Part shown: piece by piece, positions 38,003 to 47,756 of the stretch
Position numbering within the stretch: position 1 is the stretch's first letter
How the letters are laid out: each line of letters opens with the position of its first letter
Source of the DNA: a virus
Taxonomy: Duplodnaviria; Caudoviricetes
Strand: one strand, 5' to 3'
Length of the DNA: 64,000 nt
IMG/VR virus record: IMGVR_UViG_3300049444_000051
Coordinates: 3,041-67,040 of that record
Translations under genes and position numbers: made by a program
The notes under the pieces: model-generated
Told to the model about the DNA's origin: nothing
Databases searched by the model: none
What the model saw: only the letters and a program-made list of their open reading frames with translations

Positions 38003-38380
38003 TCAAACGACCAGCACCGCAGGGAAATTGCGCTTCACAAGGCCGAGAAACAGCAGCCCATAACTCGTAGCCTGTAATCCGCTTGGGCTGACCGCAGCGG
38101 CAGCACCGCCTGTACCGTAGCTTAAGGAAATACGCCCCAGGCTTTCAGACGTGATCAACTGCGAACTTGTATCGCCACCGCTTTCAACGGTCTGGTTGGC
38201 AATCGAGGCCAAGTGCGCCGTCAAATAGATAAGTGCGGTCGTATAGTCACCTTCCAGCCATGTCGTATCGACCCGTCGTTGCGCTTCCAGCAGCACAAGC
38301 TCGAACACGTCCGAACTGGTATCCGCTAACTCGGGGAAGCGCGCTATGACATCGTCCACTGTCGGAATATCATAAGACAT
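38003..38380 (-). CDS. Head-tail adaptor, DUF4054 family
   Basis: ARFPEL..LYLTAHL..SESLGRISLSY..TSYG..FL. Confidence 0.85.
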   Translation of the reverse strand: MSYDIPTVDDVIARFPELADTSSDVFELVLLEAQRRVDTTWLEGDYTTALIYLTAHLASIANQTVESGGDTSSQLITSESLGRISLSYGTGGAAAAVSPSGLQATSYGLLFLGLVKRNFPAVLVV

Positions 38381-38815
38381 CTATGACGCCTTGCTCAGAC
38401 GCACCTGCGTACGCGGCCCTATTGGGGCATTAGTTGGAGACGGTACTGCTTCTGCTTTCTGTGCCAAATCCTTCAAGATAGTAGCGGTGCCTTCGTCAAG
38501 TTTGCCCCACTCTTCTTGCGGCGAAGGCGGCGGTACCGGCTCTAGCACGACCTCTTCGGAAGGAGGCGCGGGATCGTTAAAGCGCATCGACAACTGCTCG
38601 GGACCAAGCGGCGTGAATACGACGTTAAGCGCCGACGCAGCTTCCTCGTCCACGGGTTCGATCCGCAGCGACTTACTAAATCGCTGGATGCTGATCGCTG
38701 CCTCTTTCGACAAAGCAATATGAATTGTTACGTCAGAATCGAGAATCTTAGCAACAAGCTTGCTATCGTGAATGATACGTCTGGCCCTCGCAAGGTTAGT
38801 CACGCGAAACATCAT
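38381..38815 (-). CDS. Hypothetical protein with Pro/Glu-rich tail, after the capsid gene
   Basis: ORF track; AAAGGA RBS. Confidence 0.65.
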   Translation of the reverse strand: MMFRVTNLARARRIIHDSKLVAKILDSDVTIHIALSKEAAISIQRFSKSLRIEPVDEEAASALNVVFTPLGPEQLSMRFNDPAPPSEEVVLEPVPPPSPQEEWGKLDEGTATILKDLAQKAEAVPSPTNAPIGPRTQVRLSKAS

Positions 38816-38916
38816 GGGTATATTCCTTTCGAGTGGTAGGGGGCATCAAGCGGGGAAGGACGCGAGATGCCCCCCTGCAAACCGAACCGCGAGGCGCGTC
38901 ACACCATCGCTTCGGC

Positions 38917-39882
38917 TTACTCGTAGGCCGGGTGCAGGATCTTGTCCACGTACCGCATTGCTCCAGGTCGCCGGATTTCGAGCCCGCCAGTACGAAAAAT
39001 ACCGGGAACCTCGAATTGCATTGGGCCGTCCTGGTATGCTTGCAGAAAGTTGTGCGACATCGGAAGATGGAACTTCAACACCTGGGGATCTTTTTTATAA
39101 GCGACCATCCGCCCGGTACCGCCTTCCCCCGCCGTCTCCAGTCCCCGCACCGCCATGATGGTCAAGGGCTGCTTAGTATATGCCGTATAGGCGTTGTACT
39201 CTTCCAACCAGGACATGATCGTCCTGTCGATCCCAGTGACGCGACGAGTTGCGAGGGTCGTATAAATCGACACGGGCAGCAACAACATATCTGCCATTTC
39301 AACCTGTTTCGTGTCTTCGTATACCCCGCTGAGTGCAGCGTTCACATCGCGCATGATCTGATCCGAAGTCTTATCGGAAAAAGCCGGTGAACCTCCATCT
39401 CCATCAAGTGGAACCTCCGACACCGTCACATTAGGATCGTTGATCAGGCCGGTCCAGTTCTTGCCCGTGTCGCCAGTCAAAGCAACAGCGTCCAGAAACT
39501 CCTCAGCCGCGCGCGAAGCAGCAAGCGCACGATCCGCTGTAAGCGGCTGGCCGGTCATAGCAGCTTGCCCGAGTTCTTCGAGCGTATAACCGTAGCCAAT
39601 TGCCGCCATTTCGAGGCCGTGCTCGAACTTCTGCCGGACCACATCGGCGCGCGGGATGTCCTTGGCCATGTGGTGGAACCATTCGGCCTTACCGACTTTA
39701 TCGGTCGAGAAGAACGTGACCGACTTGGCCCATGGATTGGCCGACGTATCTATCGGTACGAGTTTCGTATATTGAATCTCGGGGTATCTTGTTGCGTAGA
39801 CCTCGGCTTCGATTGACGAAACTTGAGAGATCAGGAAGCCCAAAGCCTGCTGCTGGGCATCCCGAGTGTACATCTGATACAT
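38917..39882 (-). CDS. Major capsid protein, DUF2184 family
   Basis: RDAQ..GFLISQ..IEAEVY..YPEI; GYGYTLEEL; GGLEIRRP; GAGGAG RBS before ATG 39882. Confidence 0.92.
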   Translation of the reverse strand: MYQMYTRDAQQQALGFLISQVSSIEAEVYATRYPEIQYTKLVPIDTSANPWAKSVTFFSTDKVGKAEWFHHMAKDIPRADVVRQKFEHGLEMAAIGYGYTLEELGQAAMTGQPLTADRALAASRAAEEFLDAVALTGDTGKNWTGLINDPNVTVSEVPLDGDGGSPAFSDKTSDQIMRDVNAALSGVYEDTKQVEMADMLLLPVSIYTTLATRRVTGIDRTIMSWLEEYNAYTAYTKQPLTIMAVRGLETAGEGGTGRMVAYKKDPQVLKFHLPMSHNFLQAYQDGPMQFEVPGIFRTGGLEIRRPGAMRYVDKILHPAYE

Positions 39883-39972
39883 ATCAGACTCCTCATTATG
39901 GGGTTGTGCGGGAAGCCTCACAGGGGGTGACGCAAGTACCCCTTGAGAACTAGGTGAAAGCACACATAAAGA

Positions 39973-40434
39973 TTAAGCCAACTGATCGGCTTTATCGATA
40001 TGCAGCAGCGCGAGATTATTAGCGCCAGTTTTCCGCCAGCGTGCGCCTACGATTGGCCCGGTGCCGCCAGTGATGGCGAACACGCCGGTCGTAGCGCTGT
40101 AATGCACGGGATCAGCGGGGGTAGGCGCTGTGCCGGATGTCACCACCCAGATCGTACCATGAGACCTGACGCTCATATTCTGGTATTGCACGTACTTGTC
40201 GGTCTGGCTGACTTCCAGAGTGATATCACGCTGCGACACGCCGACAAATTTCGCCAAGGTACCGCCAAGAACGGCCCCCTTATCGGCAGTGCCACGCCCG
40301 ACCGCAAGCCCGAAGCCAATCCCGGCCACAGTCTCACAAAGATAGGTAACGCCGTCCCACTCCTCCATGGTCGCGGGCATTCCGGCCACGGCCTCCGGGA
40401 TGTTGTCGAGGTAAGTAGACTGTACGACAGCCAT
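39973..40434 (-). CDS. Head decoration (cement) protein
   Basis: 153 aa between scaffold and MCP; GIGFGLAVGRG..FVGVS..GTIWV. Confidence 0.8.
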   Translation of the reverse strand: MAVVQSTYLDNIPEAVAGMPATMEEWDGVTYLCETVAGIGFGLAVGRGTADKGAVLGGTLAKFVGVSQRDITLEVSQTDKYVQYQNMSVRSHGTIWVVTSGTAPTPADPVHYSATTGVFAITGGTGPIVGARWRKTGANNLALLHIDKADQLA

Positions 40435-40483
40435 TTTAATCTCCTCTTTTCGAGCCGCAGAAGGCGGCGATGAATGTTAAGAA

Positions 40484-41053
40484 TTACGCCGTCTTCGCGG
40501 GCGTCTTCCAGGCGTTTCGCATATACTCGTCCCGGTCTGCCAGCGCTTTTGTACGCGCGTCCATGACTGGAGCCGCGAACCTGATGCTGTCAGCCAAGCT
40601 ACGGGCGCTGCCAACAGGTTTCACAGCAGCATCCTTAGTTATGACCACAAACGCAGCCGACACATGCTCGTCGGTGAACGTCTTGGCAGTTCCGCCCATG
40701 TAATCATCGACAACCTGCCTGCGAATCTCGGCATCGGTCTTGCCGTCAGTGACAAGCCGGTCGCCAAGAATGGCTTGCGCCTTGTTCACAGTCTCATAGC
40801 GCTCGCGTACCGCCTCGTCCTTCTGCTGCGGGGTCAACGTACTGTCCGCAAGCTTCTTGGTCAGAACGGCGATCTCGGCGTCCTTGGCCACGAGCGCCTC
40901 GTCCTTCTTGGCAATAGTCGCCGCCGCCGTGGCCGCCGCAGTAGCTGCGTCGGTCGTGAGCTTGGCGAGCTTGTCAAGTTCCTTCTTAATCACGGTCGCA
41001 CCGATCTCGGTGGTTTCGACCGGGATGCTGTCGATGGTAAGTGTCACACTCAT
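40484..41053 (-). CDS. Nested in-frame scaffold protein (internal start)
   Basis: GAGGAAGGAGACTCAACCATG immediately before the coiled-coil region. Confidence 0.65.
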   Translation of the reverse strand: MSVTLTIDSIPVETTEIGATVIKKELDKLAKLTTDAATAAATAAATIAKKDEALVAKDAEIAVLTKKLADSTLTPQQKDEAVRERYETVNKAQAILGDRLVTDGKTDAEIRRQVVDDYMGGTAKTFTDEHVSAAFVVITKDAAVKPVGSARSLADSIRFAAPVMDARTKALADRDEYMRNAWKTPAKTA

Positions 41054-43255
41054 GGTTGAGTCTCCTTCCTCGTCTATGAGAACCATGTCGATCAAGTCAT
41101 CGCTGACGAGGGAGTTGCTGTCATGACTGATCGTGTAGTGATACGTCTTTATTTTCTTAACGCCTCCGAAAAAGCCAGCCCCCGGTACAAGCTGATATTC
41201 CGGAACTGGTTTAATTTTCGCTTTATCCCATTTCTTCTTTTGTTCCTCAATTAACTTCTGCGCCTGTTGCAAATCCTTAAGATGTCGAGCAAGCTGCTCC
41301 TGCTGAAACGATACACGGGCCTTAGCTTCCTCAACGTTACGGATAGTGTGATCAGCTGGAGGTTCAATCCTTGAAACAGCAGCACTTGCTAAGGCAGTAT
41401 GCCCAACAGAAGTAGAAGCAAACTCACCTGTAATCGGATCGTGATTCTCGTTATAATCCAGAACTTCGACCAAGGACTCGTCTGGAGGCATTTCATCGAA
41501 ACGAACCTGGAAATGCGTAGACCTTACTTCCTTATATCCCTTGAAAGGATGCCTAAGACGTGCCAATCCGCGAGTAGGTACATGTTGAGTAGGGCCTGGA
41601 ACTGCCCGCGCGCGGTTCCAGATATTACGCTGCTGTTCGATATGCGCAATTGCCGCCGCTTTCGAGGTGAATCCCGGCGAGTTGGGCTTGAGAATAGCGC
41701 CCTTAGCGTTTTTACCTACGCCTGGAATATGGATAAAAGGTGCTTCCGGCAGTTCCCCCGTTTTGCTCTTGCGGCTAAATAGTTTGCGCAGGATTCCTGG
41801 TGCCTTGGGGTTAGTCCAGACGGTGCGTGCCGGATCATGATAACGCTCCGCTGTTGGAAAGGTCTGTCCAGAAGTGGCCGTGCCCTCTCCATAATGCAAA
41901 TGCGCACCATGGGGAATAGCATTCGGATCTTCAGGCTTACCAGCAGTTCCCCTCGAATGACCGGCACCATAAGGGCTTGGCTCACCGGGCGCTCCAGTCA
42001 ATCCAATTTTAGCATGTTGGCGTCCTGGCTGAATTTCAATGGGCTGTCCAGACCAGGGATCGAGTTTCAGGGCTCCACCTATCCCTGATTCCTGCTTTCC
42101 CATCCGAATTTCAGGCTGCTCGCCAAATATACCAAGCGTCTTTGCGTGCATTATTGCAAGGTTAATAGCTTGACGACGCCCTTCTGCTGCCGTATTAGCA
42201 ATAATAGGACCAACGCGCCAATGAAGAGCTTTGTTACCTACGTAACGTCCCGGCTTCTCTCCTGGGCCTGCACCTCCAAGAGCGTAACCAGGAGGAAGCC
42301 CGCGTTTTTTACGTTGTGTCTTCGGGCCGTCCGGTCCAGACGTAAATTCTCCGGTGTTAGGATCATGGTTGGGATTTCCGCCGTGACCCGGTATTAAATC
42401 TCCTATAAAAAACTCATCGTTCGCATACGCAACAATAGCCGCCATCTCGTCTTCGGTAATCGGAATCGCTTCTAGGTACGGCCCCCCAGTGCGTTCCACG
42501 AAACTGTCGTAGGACTCGTCATCCTGAGTCAGATCATAACCACATTCCGGGCATGTCTTGGCATCATGTGGAATATCAGCGCCACATTGCGAACACTGGT
42601 CCATTTTGGCAGCATCGTTGATGGCAGCTATTAAAGAATCGCCAAATCCAGCTACGGTGCCGGGTTTTACGAACTCTTCAGACGACGAGAGTCGCGGCAT
42701 AACTGAATCAGCGTGCTCATCACCTATCCGAAGCAAGCTACCGCCCCGCGCCGAATTGACAACGGCGAGATGATTGGCCCGGATATTGGTCTGCACAGCA
42801 TCGTACGATTCGCCATCATTAGTCACACCGTCACCAAATTTCAAGTCACAAAGGTAACCTAAGCTCAATTCCACCCGTCCATCCTCGAACGCTTTGACAG
42901 CATTTGCGTCCATCAAGGTCATAGGAACCCGCACGTAACCGCCATCTCTAATGACTTCATCGCCCACGCTGCCGACCGCATGTTGCTTCCAATTAACCGA
43001 CGACACCATCTCGTTAGGATGTCCAACCGTTACCGTTTTGTGGGCATACGACTTCAAGGAATCGGCGCTGAACACCTCGCTAGGCGGCCGGTAGACCCGC
43101 ACGCGATCCAGCTCGGGCTTACCAACCTCGCTCCCCCGGTAAATCTGAATGCCCGTGCGCGCCACGCGCGGCTGGGCAGTCAGAAAGCCATCCTTGGTCT
43201 TGCGCACTTTTGCCTGCGCGTCGAAAACGAGATCGTCATGCAGTTCGAGCGACAT
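40484..43255 (-). CDS. DUF2213 head maturation protease/scaffold with large central insertion
   Basis: ARTGIQIY, VTVGHP, ELSLGY, NHLAVV..ARGG; C-terminal coiled-coil scaffold. Confidence 0.88.
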   Translation of the reverse strand: MSLELHDDLVFDAQAKVRKTKDGFLTAQPRVARTGIQIYRGSEVGKPELDRVRVYRPPSEVFSADSLKSYAHKTVTVGHPNEMVSSVNWKQHAVGSVGDEVIRDGGYVRVPMTLMDANAVKAFEDGRVELSLGYLCDLKFGDGVTNDGESYDAVQTNIRANHLAVVNSARGGSLLRIGDEHADSVMPRLSSSEEFVKPGTVAGFGDSLIAAINDAAKMDQCSQCGADIPHDAKTCPECGYDLTQDDESYDSFVERTGGPYLEAIPITEDEMAAIVAYANDEFFIGDLIPGHGGNPNHDPNTGEFTSGPDGPKTQRKKRGLPPGYALGGAGPGEKPGRYVGNKALHWRVGPIIANTAAEGRRQAINLAIMHAKTLGIFGEQPEIRMGKQESGIGGALKLDPWSGQPIEIQPGRQHAKIGLTGAPGEPSPYGAGHSRGTAGKPEDPNAIPHGAHLHYGEGTATSGQTFPTAERYHDPARTVWTNPKAPGILRKLFSRKSKTGELPEAPFIHIPGVGKNAKGAILKPNSPGFTSKAAAIAHIEQQRNIWNRARAVPGPTQHVPTRGLARLRHPFKGYKEVRSTHFQVRFDEMPPDESLVEVLDYNENHDPITGEFASTSVGHTALASAAVSRIEPPADHTIRNVEEAKARVSFQQEQLARHLKDLQQAQKLIEEQKKKWDKAKIKPVPEYQLVPGAGFFGGVKKIKTYHYTISHDSNSLVSDDLIDMVLIDEEGDSTMSVTLTIDSIPVETTEIGATVIKKELDKLAKLTTDAATAAATAAATIAKKDEALVAKDAEIAVLTKKLADSTLTPQQKDEAVRERYETVNKAQAILGDRLVTDGKTDAEIRRQVVDDYMGGTAKTFTDEHVSAAFVVITKDAAVKPVGSARSLADSIRFAAPVMDARTKALADRDEYMRNAWKTPAKTA

Positions 43256-44066
43256 TGATAGGATGCTCCTGTGTGGGAGGCTTTAGGTCGTAATTCACGT
43301 AGCGCGAGACCCATGGTGCCAGCGTCTTAGCTTCCCGGTGCCACGGTTTTATACGCCCGCTCCAGAACACGATGCGCGCCTTTGCAAGCGAAGCCCTGCG
43401 TATGCGGATGTCGCGGTAGAAGCTGTAGACGCCATCTTGGTCGGCGGTCCAGCGTCCGACGAACGATTTTCCCAGGAGCTGGGCCGACAGATACGCCTGA
43501 TCGGACCCCAGGTAGCCTTTCTTGCATGCATCGCGCGGGGACGTAAGCGGATCGAACTCGGTCCACAGCCAGTCAAGCCGTCCGGCAGTAAATAGGAAAA
43601 GCGAACCATTCAACACCGTCTTAACGCGCGTGCCGGGAACATGATAAAAAACACATTCATCTGGGCGGTCGAACAATGGCGTCACGTCATTAACAATAAG
43701 CGCGTCAAGATCGAGACTAACTATCCGTTCACCCGGCGTGATTCCCATTGCACGCTGAGTGACAGGATCGAAGATTCGGAGGCGGCGGTAACAGCTCGGG
43801 AGATTTGCGCCCGAATAATTCGGAAGGTTACTATGATCTGGCCAGAGTGGAAAAGTCTCGCAATTCAAGCCGATTGGGTCGTCAGTAACGACGATGATTC
43901 GGAAAGAAAGTTTACAAAAGGTTTTTAGTTGGTGAATCAAGGCATGAACGTGCGTTGGCGTATAAGTCTCACGGAAAGGATGTTCTCCCCGTTTTCCAAC
44001 CCGTTGGTGCCATTTCCACATAATTATATTTAGCATATACTTCAACGCCAGTAATGACGAATCCAC
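43236..44066 (-). CDS. GT-A fold glycosyltransferase (GT8-like)
   Basis: VVTDDP, SLDLDALI (DxD), NGSLF, SDQAY. Confidence 0.82.
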   Translation of the reverse strand: MDSSLLALKYMLNIIMWKWHQRVGKRGEHPFRETYTPTHVHALIHQLKTFCKLSFRIIVVTDDPIGLNCETFPLWPDHSNLPNYSGANLPSCYRRLRIFDPVTQRAMGITPGERIVSLDLDALIVNDVTPLFDRPDECVFYHVPGTRVKTVLNGSLFLFTAGRLDWLWTEFDPLTSPRDACKKGYLGSDQAYLSAQLLGKSFVGRWTADQDGVYSFYRDIRIRRASLAKARIVFWSGRIKPWHREAKTLAPWVSRYVNYDLKPPTQEHPINVARTA

Positions 44067-44767
44067 GGTGCCTCAGACTGAGTTATATCGTGCCAAGGCT
44101 TCCAGCGTCCGTTAAAGGAAACTAATCTAGCATTACGTGGAAATATTTTTTTGTGTACATCCGAGCTATAACTATAAATTCCGTCGCCCTTAACCCATCC
44201 TGGGTATGCACCACGAAGTACATAACTAATCCAGGCTTGATCCGACCCATGTAAGCCATATCGGCGTGTAATTATCGGCGAACGCTCAGGGCTAAAGGTA
44301 TCAAAAACATCCTGCATCCTACCAGCTCGAAGCATAAAGAGACTTCCTTGATACTCTATCGGACGACCAGGACTAATGCGTTTCCAGCCAAGAAAACAGT
44401 CTGTGGTATTTGCAAATAACGGTGTCAAATCCCTAATGATCACGACATCGAGATCCATAGAAACTACTTTGCTATCCCTCGGAATTTTCATCGCATCGGT
44501 CACGGCTCCATTAAATAGACAGAGGCGTCGAAAACACGACGGTAAATGCCGTCCGCTTGGGTTAGGGATATCTTTGAATGTATCCCATAGCGGGTAAGTA
44601 TCTCCGACAACATCTTTTGGATCGTCCGTAATTGCTATTACTCTATGTGGTACCATCAAATTCCGGCTAATCATCCGTTTAAAAACATTTATGTGCTCTG
44701 CCGTGTAACTCGACCGACAGCCTAACTGACTCCACTTCCAACAACAGATCGTAATAGGCTCAACCAC
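44042..44767 (-). CDS. GT-A fold glycosyltransferase (paralog)
   Basis: ICCWKW, ITDDP, SMDLDVVI, YQGSLF, SDQAWI. Confidence 0.82.
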   Translation of the reverse strand: MVEPITICCWKWSQLGCRSSYTAEHINVFKRMISRNLMVPHRVIAITDDPKDVVGDTYPLWDTFKDIPNPSGRHLPSCFRRLCLFNGAVTDAMKIPRDSKVVSMDLDVVIIRDLTPLFANTTDCFLGWKRISPGRPIEYQGSLFMLRAGRMQDVFDTFSPERSPIITRRYGLHGSDQAWISYVLRGAYPGWVKGDGIYSYSSDVHKKIFPRNARLVSFNGRWKPWHDITQSEAPWIRHYWR

Positions 44768-44768
44768 A

Positions 44769-44912
44769 TTATACTCGCTCTGGCTCTTTCTCTACAGGCA
44801 ACTTTTCCAACACGACAGGCACGTCGAACCAATCGGAAGTCTTGTATTGAAGCACCAGTGTGCCATCGGCCTTTTTTAACCAGCGAAGATACACGACAAT
44901 TTTAAAGTTCAT
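44769..44912 (-). CDS. Small hypothetical protein (47 aa)
   Basis: Manual translation MNFKIVVYLRWLKK...; ATGA-coupled. Confidence 0.5.
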   Translation of the reverse strand: MNFKIVVYLRWLKKADGTLVLQYKTSDWFDVPVVLEKLPVEKEPERV

Positions 44913-45679
44913 AGTTGCACCTTATGATACCGAAACGAAAGAATTTTAGGCTTGGACCCTTTCGGAAAGGCCCGCACTATTTCTTTCAACTTAGCATCCT
45001 CTGGCTGTTTGCGAAGGTACTTGACCGTTGAAGAATCTCCAAGCTTTTCGTAGCGTACAAGTTCATCGGCCATAATCCGAATAGGCGCAGTCTCAGCACA
45101 ACGTCTCCGGTAATACCCATCTGACCCGTAATACCCTGACATCCGCTCATCGTACCCACCAATTTTCCAAAACATAGCCTTGGTCATAAACCAACTGTTT
45201 GGATGCGGATGGATCTTCTCACCCGAATGCTCACGCCGGCTAAAACGATAAATCACGTTCAGATCATGCTGCCCGTACACTAAGGTTTTTAGTACTTCGG
45301 CTGTTAGTACGTGATCCATGTCGGTGAGCATGACCCACACCATACTAGCGTGCACTGCACCGATATTACGAGCTGCAAGCCAATTCCACCTTACATCTAC
45401 CTCAATTCTAAAAAGTTGAAAATCAGCAATGGGACGATCCCATCTAAATTCTTCTAGCACTATTTGTTCAGCCGGGTGCCCAGGCGATCCATCATCGACA
45501 ATAATGCAGTGCATGTATTGCCGTAAGTCTTCCGGTAAACCGCGCCAGAAACCAATTTGCTTTCTAAAAAAATCTGGATTCTCGTAGTAAGGCATAATCA
45601 ACGTAAACGACTTGGGTACTGCGCCCAAAGGAACTTTCACAATGGGCGCGTTGTCGCACTTTTCGCGGCCGGTTTTCAT
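44909..45679 (-). CDS. GT2/GT7C-like glycosyltransferase
   Basis: LIMPYY, IIVDDGS, ARNIGA, LTDMDH, IGGYDERMSGY..SD. Confidence 0.85.
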   Translation of the reverse strand: MKTGREKCDNAPIVKVPLGAVPKSFTLIMPYYENPDFFRKQIGFWRGLPEDLRQYMHCIIVDDGSPGHPAEQIVLEEFRWDRPIADFQLFRIEVDVRWNWLAARNIGAVHASMVWVMLTDMDHVLTAEVLKTLVYGQHDLNVIYRFSRREHSGEKIHPHPNSWFMTKAMFWKIGGYDERMSGYYGSDGYYRRRCAETAPIRIMADELVRYEKLGDSSTVKYLRKQPEDAKLKEIVRAFPKGSKPKILSFRYHKVQL

Positions 45680-45680
45680 T

Positions 45681-46199
45681 TCAGGTAAGCTTCACAATCG
45701 CAAAGCCGTTCTTTTCAAGTTCTCGGATCAAGTCAAGTCCTTCGACCGTGACAGTACCAGACTTATCTTCTGGATATGGGGTAACACGTACATGACGTGG
45801 CATAGCCAGCCTCAAAGCTTCAGCAGCCTCTTTATCGGGTATCCACTCGAAACTATCCTTCTGATTGAAAGTAGACTCCTTGCCCTCATCCGTAAGATAG
45901 AACTCAAAGCGGAGTTCTTGCGAGAGCCAGCCACCTCTAGCACCAATAGATGACTTCAAGTCCACTCCCTCAGGGATGACCCGCCCACTATCAAGCCCAT
46001 CCGCCAACTGACGCAAGGCATGTGCAGTAGCCTTGCACGAAATACAATTACCGAGTTGGGGCGAACTCCCATCTCCAGTACGCTCAAACTGTCGTAAAGC
46101 CATCGCCTCAGTCTGCAACGGCAGGGACGCTCCCGCCCCTGCGAGGCCCAAGAACGCCAGAACATTTCGACGTGACGAACGCGCATTGTGATCCATCAT
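45681..46199 (-). CDS. Hypothetical protein with twin-arginine-like leader
   Basis: SSRRNVLAFLGLAGAGASLP. Confidence 0.55.
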   Translation of the reverse strand: MMDHNARSSRRNVLAFLGLAGAGASLPLQTEAMALRQFERTGDGSSPQLGNCISCKATAHALRQLADGLDSGRVIPEGVDLKSSIGARGGWLSQELRFEFYLTDEGKESTFNQKDSFEWIPDKEAAEALRLAMPRHVRVTPYPEDKSGTVTVEGLDLIRELEKNGFAIVKLT

Positions 46200-46225
46200 G
46201 ACGCTTTCCTTCCCTTGTGTTAGAC

Positions 46226-46882
46226 TCAGTTCCACGCTTCCTTAAACCAAGGCCACTTAATTGCTGCATCGGCATTCTTGGGACGCTTTGCTAGTACCAC
46301 TCTAGCTTCTGGCACGGCTGAAAGTCCGTCGCCGTTAATCTGCGAAAGACGAGGGAACCATGCGCGAGGCATCATGTCAAGATCAGGCAGCAGCCCCGCA
46401 ATAAAATCTTGATCTCCCCACAATCTATAAGTTATCTTCGGAGACCAAGTCGTATAAAGATGCGCATACCGGTTAGCCTCAAACACCATCACAGATGAAT
46501 TATACTTTTTTATAACCTTTTTGTCTCCCTTACCGTTGAACTCTCCCGCGTGAGGCACCAGGGCAAATGGCGACGGATAATCCGCAATCGGATCGAGCGG
46601 CTTGGTTATCAACACGTCGAGGTCCAAATAAAGTATACGCCCGCTCAACCCAAGCTTGGGATTGAATAGATTTAATTTACTCCACCAAGCATAGACGCCC
46701 CGTGGCGTACCAATAACAATACGGTCCATATCGGCGGGCAAATAAGCGGACCTATCTGTGAAACAAACGAAATCATGTGGACGATCCAGATTGCGCTTCA
46801 CCATCGAACGAAGCTTGACGACATACTCGGTCGTGAACGGAACATGCCCTTCGACAAATACGCAAGCAACAGTGAGGCTCAT
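46226..46882 (-). CDS. GT-A fold glycosyltransferase (paralog)
   Basis: YVVKLRSMVKRNL, CFTD, WWSKLNLF, YLDLDVLI, NSSVM, GDQDFI. Confidence 0.85.
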   Translation of the reverse strand: MSLTVACVFVEGHVPFTTEYVVKLRSMVKRNLDRPHDFVCFTDRSAYLPADMDRIVIGTPRGVYAWWSKLNLFNPKLGLSGRILYLDLDVLITKPLDPIADYPSPFALVPHAGEFNGKGDKKVIKKYNSSVMVFEANRYAHLYTTWSPKITYRLWGDQDFIAGLLPDLDMMPRAWFPRLSQINGDGLSAVPEARVVLAKRPKNADAAIKWPWFKEAWN

Positions 46883-47151
46883 TGCTGCGCCTGTTTCCTC
46901 GGCGTGATCTTGGCATTCCGCTGAAAGTGCCTGACCACTTGTTCCGCCATCGGAGCGTAGGTCTTCCACAACAAGTTGATAACCCTGGTACGCTCTTCAG
47001 CGCCAATCAAGGCACCGCTCTGCCGCATCAGAGTGCTGACCATGCTTCGTGCCAGACTCTCGACCCGGCAACCGTTTAGCGAGCATACCTGATCGCCGCA
47101 AGCACAATCGTAGCCGATATGAAGTTTTGGTTTAAGAAGCTGAAGGCTCAT
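46879..47151 (-). CDS. Hypothetical protein
   Basis: ORF track; ATGA-coupled on both sides. Confidence 0.55.
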   Translation of the reverse strand: MSLQLLKPKLHIGYDCACGDQVCSLNGCRVESLARSMVSTLMRQSGALIGAEERTRVINLLWKTYAPMAEQVVRHFQRNAKITPRKQAQQ

Positions 47152-47729
47152 GCCACTTTTGGCTCCATAATTGGACGCAAGATCTTTTTATAACGACCCT
47201 GCTGAGGAATTCTAAATTTTTGCTTTTTAACTTTTTGAAATATGCCACGAATCAACTCGCCACCATTGCGCCCGTTGGATCGTTCTAAACGAATTATTTT
47301 GTAGTCGTTAGCATCAGCAAGTCCTTCATATAAACATCGATGTGTTAGATAAAACCCGTGTTCGGGATAACCTTGACTGGCGCGGTCAAATATAATAAAA
47401 CCTTGCACCTTGGTAAGATAGTGTATTGTCTGCCAAACAGCCCGCTGGTCGAAGCAGTGTTCGCCGGTTCCGAAATCCGTGACCAGATCGAACTCACCAA
47501 GTTTGCGTGCAAGATCAGGCGGAAGTGGGCGGTTAAGATCGTGTGTGACTGTAGCACGGCCATTGCCATCAATCGATTCATAACGTCCACAACCAAGTTC
47601 TTTATACCAATCCTTGGCAAGACGCCGTACGCCGTGAGTAACCCACTGATCACCGAGTTCAAGGACACTAAAACCTTTCGGCAACTTCAAATCAATAACA
47701 AACTGCATAGTGTGCCCGAGAATTCCCAT
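47148..47729 (-). CDS. Class I SAM-dependent methyltransferase
   Basis: VLELG, YESID, HDLN, FDLVTDFGTGEH. Confidence 0.8.
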   Translation of the reverse strand: MGILGHTMQFVIDLKLPKGFSVLELGDQWVTHGVRRLAKDWYKELGCGRYESIDGNGRATVTHDLNRPLPPDLARKLGEFDLVTDFGTGEHCFDQRAVWQTIHYLTKVQGFIIFDRASQGYPEHGFYLTHRCLYEGLADANDYKIIRLERSNGRNGGELIRGIFQKVKKQKFRIPQQGRYKKILRPIMEPKVA

Positions 47730-47756
47730 ATCAACCCCTGCTATAACCTGACACCA

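Noticed and set aside
38838-38874. Intrinsic terminator after the capsid gene
   Set aside because: A GGGGGCATC/GATGCCCCC hairpin is present but has no U-tract and is followed by an RBS; more likely an mRNA stability element
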